This document shows positions 19,642-28,434 of a stretch of DNA of 64,000 bases, one piece after another. The DNA lies in NCBI GenBank assembly GCA_963790305.1, contig CAWBOC010000005.1:800001-864000 (forward strand), written 5' to 3'. The notes under the pieces were generated by a model. That model was not told where the DNA came from. It worked only from the letters and a program-made list of their open reading frames with translations, and ran no database searches. This DNA comes from an uncultured Gemmatimonadaceae bacterium. Its GTDB lineage: Bacteria > Gemmatimonadota > Gemmatimonadetes > Gemmatimonadales > Gemmatimonadaceae. How positions within the stretch are numbered: position 1 is the first letter of the stretch; each line of letters starts with the position of its first letter. The position numbers were made by a program, and so were the translations under genes.

Positions 19642-20619
19642 CCTGGAGACCGCTGGCGCTGGCCGCCAGCCTCATGGCCGTCCCCGTCGTGGCGCACACC
19701 GCGCGGGGCCAGGTGCGACCGGACAGCCTGTTCTCGCACGCGTTAGGCGTCCAGAAGCGGCTGCTCGTGTACCTGCCGCACTCGTACCACCGCGAGACGG
19801 CACGGCGATATCCGGTCGCGTACTATCTGCATGGTGCCTGGGGCACTGAGGACAACTGGGTCAGCCTCGGCCGCATCGATCGCACGATGGACTCGCTGGT
19901 CGCGGCGGGGCTTCCCGAGATGATCCTCGTGCTCCCCGATGGCGATGATGGCTGGTACACCACGTGGAATGCCCTCAATAACACCGCCACCTGTCGTGCG
20001 GACACGGCACGACGCGAGCCTGCCAACAGCTACTGCGTGACGTGGCCCAAGTACGATGAGTACCTCGCACGGGAGCTCATCGCGCACGTCGATTCGACGT
20101 ACCGCACTCGGGCGGAACGTGCCCGTCGCGGGATCGCGGGGCTGAGCATGGGCGGGTACGGCGCCATTTCGCTCGCGCTGCGCTATCCCGATCTGTTCGC
20201 GGCGGCCGCCAGCCACTCGGGGGTGCTGTCCCCTCGTTATGCGGGACCAACCCCCTATACGTCCCCGACGCGGTACGCCGCGACGGTCGACACCATTCAA
20301 CGCCGCTACTCGCCGGGCCTCTGGGCCCTCATGCGGCCGGTATTCGGTGGCGACACGATTGGCTGGCGCGCGCGCGATCCCGCGGTGTATGCCCGCCAGC
20401 TCGTCGCGAGACGCGCTCAGGTGCCCGCACTGTTCGTCGACATCGGTCGCGACGATCCGTTCCTCCAGCAGAACCGCGCCTTTCGCGCCGACATCACCGC
20501 GCTCGGTATCCCGGTGAAATACGCCGAATGGCCCGGCAAGCATGACTGGGTGTATTGGCGGTTGCATGCCGTCGAGAGTCTTACCTGGATGGCGGGGGTC
20601 ATCGCGAAACAGGAATTAG
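19638..20619 (+). CDS. Secreted alpha/beta-hydrolase esterase (3' end uncertain; reads to 20846 as sequenced)
   Basis: Signal peptide, YPVAYYLHG, GLSMGG, DIGRDD, GKHDW. Confidence 0.85.
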
Positions 20620-20739
20620 GAGTCAGGGGTCAGGGGTCAGGGGGTTTCAGGGGGATGGGTCGCAGGAGAGAACGGCAATGCATCGCCTACAACGCTTCAC
20701 CCAGCCCCCTGATCCCTGACCCCTGCCTCCTAACTCCTA
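20610..20739. repeat. Family A element
   Basis: caggaattaggagtcaggggtcagg...ccctgatccctgacccctgcctcctaactccta. Confidence 0.82.
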
Positions 20740-20776
20740 CTTGGCCCCGACTCGACGCGGCTACATACTATCGACC

Positions 20777-21358
20777 GTGGCCCGCTACTTCCCCCGCGAC
20801 AATGTCGCGTGGCACCTCGAGGAGCCGAGGATACTCCGCAAGCTGACGTTGAGCTTGCCGGCGATGGCAGTGATCGCCGGACTCCTCGTCAGGCTCATTC
20901 GGGTCGGCGTCAGCGAGATCACCGTCAGCTGGTGGGGGGTCTTCGGGGCGATCGCGCTCGGGTTGGTGGTGCTGCTCACGACCGCGACGGCGCACCTCGG
21001 AAACTATCCGGTGAAGCAGTGGCTGTGGCGCGCACCGCTCTTCGGGCTCGCCGAGGGCGCCGCCGAGTCCGGCGTGAGCGCGCTGCTCACCCTCATCGGC
21101 GTCGAGCGACTCGGCAGCACGCAGGCCCACCTCAGCGACTGGCCGTCGATGGCGACGGACACGATTATCGGGACGCCGGGGCTGGCCTTTCTCGACGGGC
21201 GCATCGTGATGGTGTCGCTGTTCGCGCTCGTGTTGGCCGGCGTCGTCCAGGTGGTGCGCTATCTCCTCCTGCGCAGCGAGAACCGCGACCACACCGCGGT
21301 CGCGATTCATGAGGAGCACGAGCGACAGGAGCAGGCGGCTTCGCATCAAGCAGATTGA
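20777..21358 (+). CDS. Hypothetical membrane protein (about 4 TM)
   Basis: Hydrophobic segments; AHLGNYPVKQWLWRAP; start uncertain (20741 or 20777). Confidence 0.7.
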   Translation: MARYFPRDNVAWHLEEPRILRKLTLSLPAMAVIAGLLVRLIRVGVSEITVSWWGVFGAIALGLVVLLTTATAHLGNYPVKQWLWRAPLFGLAEGAAESGVSALLTLIGVERLGSTQAHLSDWPSMATDTIIGTPGLAFLDGRIVMVSLFALVLAGVVQVVRYLLLRSENRDHTAVAIHEEHERQEQAASHQAD

Positions 21359-21391
21359 TCGTTTCGGCCCTTCACATGTGTAGGCGATGAT

Positions 21392-22771
21392 ATGCGAATG
21401 AGAGCGGCGCGCATCGGTGTCGCGCTCGCGGGCGCGCTCATGTTCCCCGCGCACGCCAGCGCTCAGGGCTCCCCTCCGCTGCGGCCGTTCGGCACGCTGC
21501 GCGAGCAAGCGGCGGTGCGACAGCAGTGGCTGCAACAGCGCATGGAGACCGTGCTGCCCGGGCTCATGCGACAGTACGGCGTCGACATGTGGATCATCCC
21601 GATGCGGGAGTACAACGAGGATCCCGTCTTCTCTTCGATCGTCGCGCCGACGACGTTCGCCGCTCGTCGCCGAACGATCTACGTACTCTTCGACCGCGGG
21701 CCGGAGGCGGGCGTTGAGCGTCTGGCACTGGGCGGCTCGTCACAAGGCGGTGTCTACACTGCCGTGCGATCACAGCGGGCGGTGTCGGGAAGCTGGCTCG
21801 CCGCGAACCGGGCCGAGATCGGCGACGACGAGCAATGGCTCGTGCTCAGAGATCTGATCGAGCAGCGAAAGCCGGCGCGGATTGCCATCAACGTCTCGCG
21901 CGGGTGGGCCTTCGCCGACGGATTGTCAGCCGGTGAGTACGAAACCATGCGTGAGGCGCTGGGGGAGCCGTGGACCAGCCGGTTCGTGCGCGTGGAAGGG
22001 ATGGCGGTCGACTTCATCGCCTCCCGCCTGCCGGATGAAGCGCGGGCCTACGAGGGTCTGCAGCGGCTCGTGTGGGCGCTCATCGACACCGCATTCTCGA
22101 ATCGCGTGATTACGCCGGGCGAGACCCGCACCAGCGACGTCGTGTGGTGGTTCCGTCAGCGCGTGAACGACCTGGGCCTCACGGCCTGGTTCCATCCGTC
22201 AGTGACCGTGCAGCGTCGCGGCGCGACGGCCCAGCAACTCGGCGAGGACCCGATCATTCAACGTGGCGACGTGCTTCACTGTGACGTCGGCCTCGTGGCG
22301 CTCGGCCTCGCCACCGACACGCAGCACATGGGCTACGTCCTGCTCACCGGCGAGACAGCGCCGCCGGCGGGATTGCAGCAGGTCTTGTTGGCGTCGAACC
22401 GGCTGCAGGATATCGTTATGCAGGAGCTTCGCGTCGGCCGGACGGGCAACGAGATCCTCAAGACTTCGCTCGAGCAGATGCGCCGCGCAGGTATCGAAGG
22501 CAGCGTATACACCCACCCGATTGGCGTTCACGGTCATGGGGCGGGCCCGCTCATCGGTCGGTGGGACAGTCAGGACGGTGTGCCCGGTCGCGGCGACCAC
22601 AAGGTGATCCCTGGCATGTGGTTCTCGATCGAGCTCCAGGCGACGTCGGCCGTGGCCGAGTGGGGCGGACAGCGGGTGTGGTCGGCGCAGGAGGAAGATG
22701 CAATCATCTCGCAGGATGGAAAAATCCGGTGGGCACTGCGGAGACAAACTGGATTTCACCTCGTCAGATAA
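21392..22771 (+). CDS. Exported M24 (Xaa-Pro aminopeptidase-like) metallopeptidase
   Basis: HCDVG, TDTQH, HPIGVHGHGAG, SIE, EED pita-bread metal ligands. Confidence 0.88.
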   Translation: MRMRAARIGVALAGALMFPAHASAQGSPPLRPFGTLREQAAVRQQWLQQRMETVLPGLMRQYGVDMWIIPMREYNEDPVFSSIVAPTTFAARRRTIYVLFDRGPEAGVERLALGGSSQGGVYTAVRSQRAVSGSWLAANRAEIGDDEQWLVLRDLIEQRKPARIAINVSRGWAFADGLSAGEYETMREALGEPWTSRFVRVEGMAVDFIASRLPDEARAYEGLQRLVWALIDTAFSNRVITPGETRTSDVVWWFRQRVNDLGLTAWFHPSVTVQRRGATAQQLGEDPIIQRGDVLHCDVGLVALGLATDTQHMGYVLLTGETAPPAGLQQVLLASNRLQDIVMQELRVGRTGNEILKTSLEQMRRAGIEGSVYTHPIGVHGHGAGPLIGRWDSQDGVPGRGDHKVIPGMWFSIELQATSAVAEWGGQRVWSAQEEDAIISQDGKIRWALRRQTGFHLVR

Positions 22772-22780
22772 CGAGGCTAG

Positions 22781-22802
22781 CTTCCGAAGACGTCTTCGGA
22801 AG
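22781..22802. repeat. Loopless 22-bp perfect palindrome; collapsed family C element
   Basis: cttccgaagacgtcttcggaag equals the two termini of 48189-48330 joined at GACGTC. Confidence 0.8.
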
Positions 22803-22833
22803 TTGATCGTTTCGCGATGGCGGGAGGTTCGGG

Positions 22834-23211
22834 ATGCGGAAAAAGGACAAGAAGCTCATCGTCGTCGGCGATCGCGTTCTGATCGCGATCGAGGAGGGTG
22901 AAGAGCGGACGAAGGTCGGCCTCTATCTCCCTCCGTCGGCGGTCGACAACCAGGCGGTGCAGGGCGGCCGGATCGTCGCTACCGGGCCGGGACTTCCGAT
23001 GCCCGATCCTGGGGAAACGTCCGACGAGCCCTGGCGGACGGCCGCGCGGGAGACGCGCTTCGTGCCAATGCAGGCGAGGGTTGGCGACTACGCGCTCTTC
23101 TTCCGGCGGGCCGCGGTCGAGATCACGTTCGAGAGCGACCGGTATCTGGTGGTACCGCAGACGGCGATTCTCGCGCTCGTCCGAGAAGGCGCCGTCCGCG
23201 AGGAGGACTGA
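22834..23211 (+). CDS. GroES-family co-chaperone (orphan, with insertion)
   Basis: VGDRVLI, EERTKVGLYLP, GRIVATGPG, VGDYALF. Confidence 0.85.
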   Translation: MRKKDKKLIVVGDRVLIAIEEGEERTKVGLYLPPSAVDNQAVQGGRIVATGPGLPMPDPGETSDEPWRTAARETRFVPMQARVGDYALFFRRAAVEITFESDRYLVVPQTAILALVREGAVREED

Positions 23212-23230
23212 CGACACTCATGGAGATGTG

Positions 23231-23656
23231 ATGCGAATCCAGATGTATGATGAGCGCTTCGTCACACCAATGCGCGAAGAGCTCACGCAGCTCGGCGTTC
23301 GCGAGATGCGCACGCCTCAGGAGGTCGATGATGTCCTGCGCGAGGCGAGTGGCACCACGCTGGTCGTCGTCAACTCCATCTGCGGCTGCGCTGCGCGCAA
23401 CGCGCGTCCCGCGGTGGCGCGTGCCCTGGAGAGCGCGAAGCGGCCCGACCGCCTGACGACGGTCTTCGCTGGTCAGGATGCCGAAGCGACGGCGCGTGCA
23501 CGGGAGTACTTCACGCCCTATCCCCCGTCGTCGCCACAGATCGCGCTACTGAAGGACGGCGAGGTTGCGTTCATGCTCGAGCGCAGACAGATCGAGGGCC
23601 GCGATGCCGAGCAGATCGCGAAGGATCTGGTGGAGGCATTCGAGCGCCACTGTTAG
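23231..23656 (+). CDS. BrxA/BrxB-family bacilliredoxin
   Basis: PMREELT, VNSICGCAARNARP, TVFAGQD, PPSSPQIALLKDG. Confidence 0.92.
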   Translation: MRIQMYDERFVTPMREELTQLGVREMRTPQEVDDVLREASGTTLVVVNSICGCAARNARPAVARALESAKRPDRLTTVFAGQDAEATARAREYFTPYPPSSPQIALLKDGEVAFMLERRQIEGRDAEQIAKDLVEAFERHC

Positions 23657-23660
23657 AGGG

Positions 23661-23719
23661 GTGAATGCGGAGTGCGGAATGCGGATCACACAATTCCGCC
23701 TTCCGTGCTCCGCATTCGC
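23661..23719. repeat. Family B heptamer palindrome
   Basis: gaatgcggagtgcggaatgcgga / tccgccttccgtgctccgcattc. Confidence 0.8.
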
Positions 23720-23723
23720 CGTT

Positions 23724-23739
23724 TGGCATAGCCTCTGCA
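23724..23739 (+). promoter_or_regulatory. Sigma54-like promoter
   Basis: TGGCATAGCCTCTGCA, GG-N10-GC, about 55 nt before the ATG at 23792. Confidence 0.55.
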
Positions 23740-23791
23740 CTCACGTCACTCGCTTCTGAGACGCAGCACACTAGCCGAGGGGGGAGTGGAT

Positions 23792-24331
23792 ATGGAACGC
23801 AACTACAATGACACGTTCGGTGGCAGCAACGACACGCCAAGCGTCGGGGGCTCCAGCGGACAGAGTGGTGCGGGCACTGGCGACACCGGCTTCGGGTCGG
23901 GCGCGCAGCGCGCCGACACATCCTTCTCCGGTGCGCCCGGATCGATGGGCGCGGGCACATCGACGGAAAGCGTCGGCGGGAAGGTCAGCAAGGCGAAGGA
24001 AAAGATCGGCGAGCGCGCCAGTGAGCTGAAGTCGTCGCTCGCGGATCGGCTCGAGCAGGGCGCCGAAAAGCTTCGGCAGCGCGCGCACAGCGGTGGCCAG
24101 TATGCGGGCGCGACCGGCGAGAGCACCGTCGGCGTCTCCGAAAACGACAAGATGACACAGGTCGCCGACAAGGTCGCCGGCGGAATGCAGAGCACCGCGA
24201 ACTGGGTGCGCAACGCCGATCTCGAGACGGTCAAGGGTGACATCGAGCGCCAGGTGAAGGAACACCCCGCTCGCACGCTCCTCGTCGCAGTCGGGCTCGG
24301 GTACGTGCTGGGCAAGGCGTTCCGCCGCTAG
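23792..24331 (+). CDS. ElaB/YqjD/DUF883-like tail-anchored protein
   Basis: Helical body and C-terminal VKEHPARTLLVAVGLGYVLGKAFRR. Confidence 0.75.
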   Translation: MERNYNDTFGGSNDTPSVGGSSGQSGAGTGDTGFGSGAQRADTSFSGAPGSMGAGTSTESVGGKVSKAKEKIGERASELKSSLADRLEQGAEKLRQRAHSGGQYAGATGESTVGVSENDKMTQVADKVAGGMQSTANWVRNADLETVKGDIERQVKEHPARTLLVAVGLGYVLGKAFRR

Positions 24332-24339
24332 GAGGACCT

Positions 24340-24762
24340 ATGGCGACCGGACGCGACAACGGACGCGGGATCGGCGTGCTGTTACGCGATCTCGCGGACG
24401 GCGGCGCCGCGCTGCTCCGTCAGGAGCTGCGGCTCGCGCGCGTCGAGCTGGGCGGCATCGCCAGCGCGGTGGGCGTCGGCACGGCGCTCACCGCCAGCGG
24501 CGCCGTGCTCGCCATGCTCGGAACGTTCACGGTCTTGATCGGCATCATCCTGCTCGCCGGTGACCAGTGGCTTCGGGACCGGTATTGGCTTGCGGCACTC
24601 ATTGGCGCTGTGATCGCCGGCGGGATCGCCGCGTGGATGGCACGCCGCGGGGCCGCGCATCTCTCGCCTCGCCGTCTCATGCCTGACGAAACGGTGCAGA
24701 CGCTCAAGGAGGACAAGGAATGGCTGAAACGACAGCTGAAGTCCGGCGCGACATCGAGGTGA
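24340..24762 (+). CDS. YqjE-like ('phage holin family') membrane protein
   Basis: LLRQELRLARVEL, two TM helices, PDETVQTLKEDKEW. Confidence 0.8.
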   Translation: MATGRDNGRGIGVLLRDLADGGAALLRQELRLARVELGGIASAVGVGTALTASGAVLAMLGTFTVLIGIILLAGDQWLRDRYWLAALIGAVIAGGIAAWMARRGAAHLSPRRLMPDETVQTLKEDKEWLKRQLKSGATSR

Positions 24763-25187
24763 CTCGGGAGCGCATGTCGGACACGCTCGCGCAGCTCGAG
24801 CACAAGCTGAACGTCATGGAGATCGTTCGCGATCACCCGTGGCCAGCACTCGCCGTCGCCGCGGGGGCGGGGTTCGCGCTCGCCAACTCGCGCGCCAATG
24901 TGAAGGCGGCAGCGGCGGCCGTGAAGGCCACCAATGGTGCCGGCAGCAAGGTCGGCGCACTGCTCGACGATCTTGCCGCCACCCTCATCGGTGGAGTGAG
25001 TACCGCGCTTTCGCAGCGGGTCGACGGTCTCGTCGGTGAGCTCAAGAGCGCCTTGGGGGCTCCCACGAGCACGCACGCGGCGTCGCGATCGACGTCGGAG
25101 CGTCAGCTGGTCGGTTACGGCGAGACGCCGGGCGGATCGCGCTCGAGCGTCGCCCCTTCGGGCGCTCTCGGCGCACGCGCGGACTGA
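24720..25187 (+). CDS. DUF3618-domain protein
   Basis: EVRRDIEVTRERMSDTLAQLEHKL...HPWPALAVAAGAGF. Confidence 0.8.
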   Translation: MAETTAEVRRDIEVTRERMSDTLAQLEHKLNVMEIVRDHPWPALAVAAGAGFALANSRANVKAAAAAVKATNGAGSKVGALLDDLAATLIGGVSTALSQRVDGLVGELKSALGAPTSTHAASRSTSERQLVGYGETPGGSRSSVAPSGALGARAD

Positions 25188-25191
25188 ACGG

Positions 25192-25329
25192 CAGGAGCTA
25201 GGAATCAGGGGTCAGGGATGAGGGGGTGTTAGGGTGAAGGTGTCAGGGGATGCCCAAGCAGTACGCGTTTCTCCCCTCCAACCCGCTCCCTAACACCCCC
25301 TGATCCCTGACTCCTGACTCCTGACTCCC
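25192..25329. repeat. Family A element
   Basis: caggagctaggaatcaggggtcaggg...ccctgatccctgactcctgactcctgactccc. Confidence 0.85.
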
Positions 25330-25333
25330 AACC

Positions 25334-25738
25334 ATGGGCGACGGACTCGGAACCCTCCTTCCCATCCTCGGCGGCATACAGTGGATCGCCGGGCTCGTGC
25401 TCTCGGTCGCCGCCCTGAGGCGGGCCCGAGGCTTTGACCGGCGCGGTGGCTTCCTCGCCCGCGTCAGCGCGCGAGTCGCCATCGCACTTTTCATTACTGC
25501 CGCCCTCGACCTCATCCTGCGGGCATCGGGGGCAAGCGTCTACCTCGCGAACTGGCTCCCACCCGATTTCAACCGGGACACCTGGCACCTCCGCGCGCTA
25601 CTGATCCTCTGCGGTGCCGCTTGGCTGATGCTGCTGATAGCGGCATCGGTGAACGCGAGCCTGGGCGTCGGTGAACGCCGGCGGTCAGCGGCGGAGGAAC
25701 TTCGGCGGCGGATGGGGGGTCGAAGGACACCCTACTGA
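25334..25738 (+). CDS. Hypothetical membrane protein (3 TM)
   Basis: Hydrophobic ORF with GC-rich codon usage. Confidence 0.6.
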   Translation: MGDGLGTLLPILGGIQWIAGLVLSVAALRRARGFDRRGGFLARVSARVAIALFITAALDLILRASGASVYLANWLPPDFNRDTWHLRALLILCGAAWLMLLIAASVNASLGVGERRRSAAEELRRRMGGRRTPY

Positions 25739-26211
25739 CGGGGTGAATCTGCCCCTGGTGTAGCGCGCCCTCGCCGGACCCTGATGGCTCGCATCATCAC
25801 CTGTGGTGCAAGCGCGACACACCAATACTCAGTCAACGGGGGGCGGGAGCAGGGCCGGTGCATACAGAGGCTCGGCGCACTCGTCGCCGTGCGGTGGCGT
25901 GCGTGGGTCGGACCAGGCTCCGCCCGATGTCGTCAAGTCGTTGTCCATCTTGCCGTAACGGAGCTGGTGGCAGACGACATCACGCGGCTTGAACAGCCGT
26001 TCGAGCACCGTGTATTCGAGCACCGGAGCAGGGCTGACTTTGCGAGCAAAGCCGGGCGTCTGGTGGGTGCTCTCCTTGCAACGGCCTTTGCCGCCCGAGA
26101 TGGCTACCCGGTTGTGTGACGTTCGTCGCTGCGACTGGAGCTCGGCTTGTTTACGCCTTGCCGTCTCACCCGCATTGCTAGTCCCACTTCTCTTCCTTCC
26201 AGGAGTCTCGC

Positions 26212-26427
26212 ATGAACCGCTTGATGCAAGGCGTTCGTCGCTTCCTTCGCGACGAAGACGGCGCCGCGATCGCCGAGTACGGGCTGCTCCTCGCCATCGT
26301 TGCAGTTGGCCTGATCGCAATTCTGACTGCGTTCCGAGATGACATCTCGCTGTGGTGGAACAACATGCGCGATGACATCGTCGCGACGCCGAGCGCCAAT
26401 CCGCACGCGCCAGCCGCCGCGCCCTGA
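26212..26427 (+). CDS. flp: Flp (type IVc/Tad) major pilin
   Basis: AGGAG RBS; FLRDEDG|AAIAEYGLLLAIVAVGLI Flp motif. Confidence 0.93.
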   Translation: MNRLMQGVRRFLRDEDGAAIAEYGLLLAIVAVGLIAILTAFRDDISLWWNNMRDDIVATPSANPHAPAAAP

Positions 26428-26445
26428 CCATTCGGGGTTAGTGGC

Positions 26446-26985
26446 GTGAATGCGTTCAGCGGGCCCTCGCCCGTCGTAGCAGGCGCAGCGTTCACGCTAC
26501 TGCTCGTGGGTGCCTGCGTGACCGACCTTCGGTCACGGCGCATCCCGAACGGCTTGGTGCTCGCGCTGGTGTTGGGTGGTATCGGGTACTCGATGGCGAC
26601 GATGGCACCGCTTGCCGGGCTAGGGTACGCACTCGGCGGTGGTGCAGTTGGGCTTGCTCTGTGGCTCCCGTTCTGGTTGATGCGCGTTCTCGGGGCTGGG
26701 GATGTGAAGCTCGCTGCCGCATCGGGTACCTGGCTTGGCATCGCGGGGATCCTGGAGGCGTCGCTTCTCGGCGCCTTCGCCGGTGGGTTGCTTGCCGTGT
26801 GGGCGCTTTCGCGGCAGGGCGGCTTATCGGCAGCAGTAACCCGTTTCGGCGGGTGGATGCTCGCCTCGCGAGCGACCGGTGCCATCGCGCCGGAAGTGAC
26901 ACCGAAGGAACGTCGTATTCCGTACGGCCTGGCCATCGCCGCGGGCTCCGCGGCGGCGGCCTGGGTTCCTGGACTGATCTGGTAG
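26446..26985 (+). CDS. cpaA: Prepilin peptidase A24
   Basis: TDLRSRRIPN, LGAGDVKL, IPYGLAI. Confidence 0.92.
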   Translation: MNAFSGPSPVVAGAAFTLLLVGACVTDLRSRRIPNGLVLALVLGGIGYSMATMAPLAGLGYALGGGAVGLALWLPFWLMRVLGAGDVKLAAASGTWLGIAGILEASLLGAFAGGLLAVWALSRQGGLSAAVTRFGGWMLASRATGAIAPEVTPKERRIPYGLAIAAGSAAAAWVPGLIW

Positions 26986-26993
26986 AGGACGTC

Positions 26994-27413
26994 ATGCGCT
27001 CACGAACGTTGATTCGGGAAGACGATGGAGCCGCAGTGGTCGAGTTCGCGCTCGTTATGCCGATCCTCGCGCTCATCATCTTCGGCATCATCGACTTCGG
27101 GCGCGCGTTCTATACGGTCAACAACATCATTTCAGCTGTTCGTGAGGGCTCGCGGTACGGGGCCATTCTGGCCGCACCAATGAGCACGTTGGGGCAAAGC
27201 GAGATTCGCACACGGGTTCGAGGGGTCTCGAAGCCGTTCGGCGGTGATACGCTCCGCAATGAGCACATCGAGATCGAGTTCGACGGAGAGTTGATCACCG
27301 TGCGTGTCGACAGCTTTCCCTTCCAACCCCTCACGCCAATCGCAGGCGCACTGGGAGTCGGAACCTGGCCGATCACACGACAGGCCACCTTCCGCTGGGA
27401 GCGCGGCACCTAA
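26994..27413 (+). CDS. tadE: TadE-like pseudopilin
   Basis: DDG|AAVVEFALVMPILALIIFGIIDFG...AVREGSR. Confidence 0.9.
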   Translation: MRSRTLIREDDGAAVVEFALVMPILALIIFGIIDFGRAFYTVNNIISAVREGSRYGAILAAPMSTLGQSEIRTRVRGVSKPFGGDTLRNEHIEIEFDGELITVRVDSFPFQPLTPIAGALGVGTWPITRQATFRWERGT

Positions 27414-27464
27414 CGCGAAACATCGGGCGCCGGCTGGAGCCGTGCGCCCTCGGAGCAACGACTC

Positions 27465-28397
27465 ATGGCTCAGAGACGGTACACCATTGTCTTCTACGCC
27501 GCGGTTTTCATTGCGGCGATCGCGACCTACGGCGTCTATCGCGTACTGCAGGCGGCCAAGATGAGCGCTCGCGTCGCGACCAAGGCGGTCGTCGTCGCGG
27601 CGAAGGACATCCCTGCCGGCGCCGCCCTCGACAAGCCAGCACTCGAGGTGAAGCAGTGGCCTGCCGTCGCGGTCCCCAAGGAAGCAATGTCGAGCCTCAA
27701 TGTGGCCGCGGGTCGCGTTGCGCGAGTTCCGATCTTTGCGGGAGAGGCGATCGTTGCGGGACGGCTCGCGCGCGCGGGCACGGCGCCGGGTCTGGAGGCG
27801 CGTATCGCCCCGGGGATGCGGGCGATGTCGGTCCGGATCAATGACGTGGCCGGCATGAGCGGCCTCGTTCAGCCGAACAGCCGGGTCAATGTGCTCGTGT
27901 CGTTGCGTGAGTCGAACAACAGCGCCACCGAGGAAGTCTCCAAGCTGTTCCTGGAGAACATGCGGGTGCTCTCAATGGGCTCGCGCACCACCCGTGACGA
28001 CACCGGCGAGCCGACTCCCGCCACGACGGCTACGCTCGAGGTGACACCGACGCAGGCGGAAAAGCTCGCTGTCGCAATGCGCCAGGGGACGATTCAGCTC
28101 GTCCTGCGCGGCTTCGACGATGGCGACACGACGGAGACGAAGGGATCGACCTCGTCCGAGGTGCTGGCGCAACTCCGTGCGGCCAAGCCGGCCCCTGTGG
28201 TCGCGCAAGCTCCGACACGTCCCGCTCGCTCGACGCCGAGGCGGCAGCCCGAGGTCGAGCGCCCGATTCCGCCGGCCGTCGCCGTGGCCCCACCGGTTGC
28301 GAAGCCGGACTCACTGACGGTTCGAGTTTATCGCGGCAATCAGGTCAGCCAGCAGAAATTCCAGGTCGACACAGCCAACGGTAACGGGACGCCATGA
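27465..28397 (+). CDS. cpaB: Flp pilus assembly protein CpaB/RcpC
   Basis: VVVAAKDIPAG (SAF domain), GMRAMSVRINDVAGMSGLVQP, TLEVTPTQAEKL. Confidence 0.92.
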   Translation: MAQRRYTIVFYAAVFIAAIATYGVYRVLQAAKMSARVATKAVVVAAKDIPAGAALDKPALEVKQWPAVAVPKEAMSSLNVAAGRVARVPIFAGEAIVAGRLARAGTAPGLEARIAPGMRAMSVRINDVAGMSGLVQPNSRVNVLVSLRESNNSATEEVSKLFLENMRVLSMGSRTTRDDTGEPTPATTATLEVTPTQAEKLAVAMRQGTIQLVLRGFDDGDTTETKGSTSSEVLAQLRAAKPAPVVAQAPTRPARSTPRRQPEVERPIPPAVAVAPPVAKPDSLTVRVYRGNQVSQQKFQVDTANGNGTP

Positions 28398-28434
28398 GCG
28401 TCTGCCGCGCCTCATTCGTACGCCAGGAGCTCTC

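Noticed and set aside
24340..24762. Prophage lysis gene
   Set aside because: A YqjE-like 'holin family' gene in the usual ElaB/DUF3618 stress operon, with no phage genes nearby.
26030..26115. c-di-GMP-I riboswitch upstream of flp (GCAAAGCC present)
   Set aside because: Lacks the GGCAAAC...GAAA P1/tetraloop arrangement; GCAAAG pairs locally with CTTTGC instead.
25784..26119. ORF upstream of flp, and the many long antisense or alternate-frame ORFs throughout the window
   Set aside because: No motifs or RBS; these are shadow ORFs expected in high-GC DNA.
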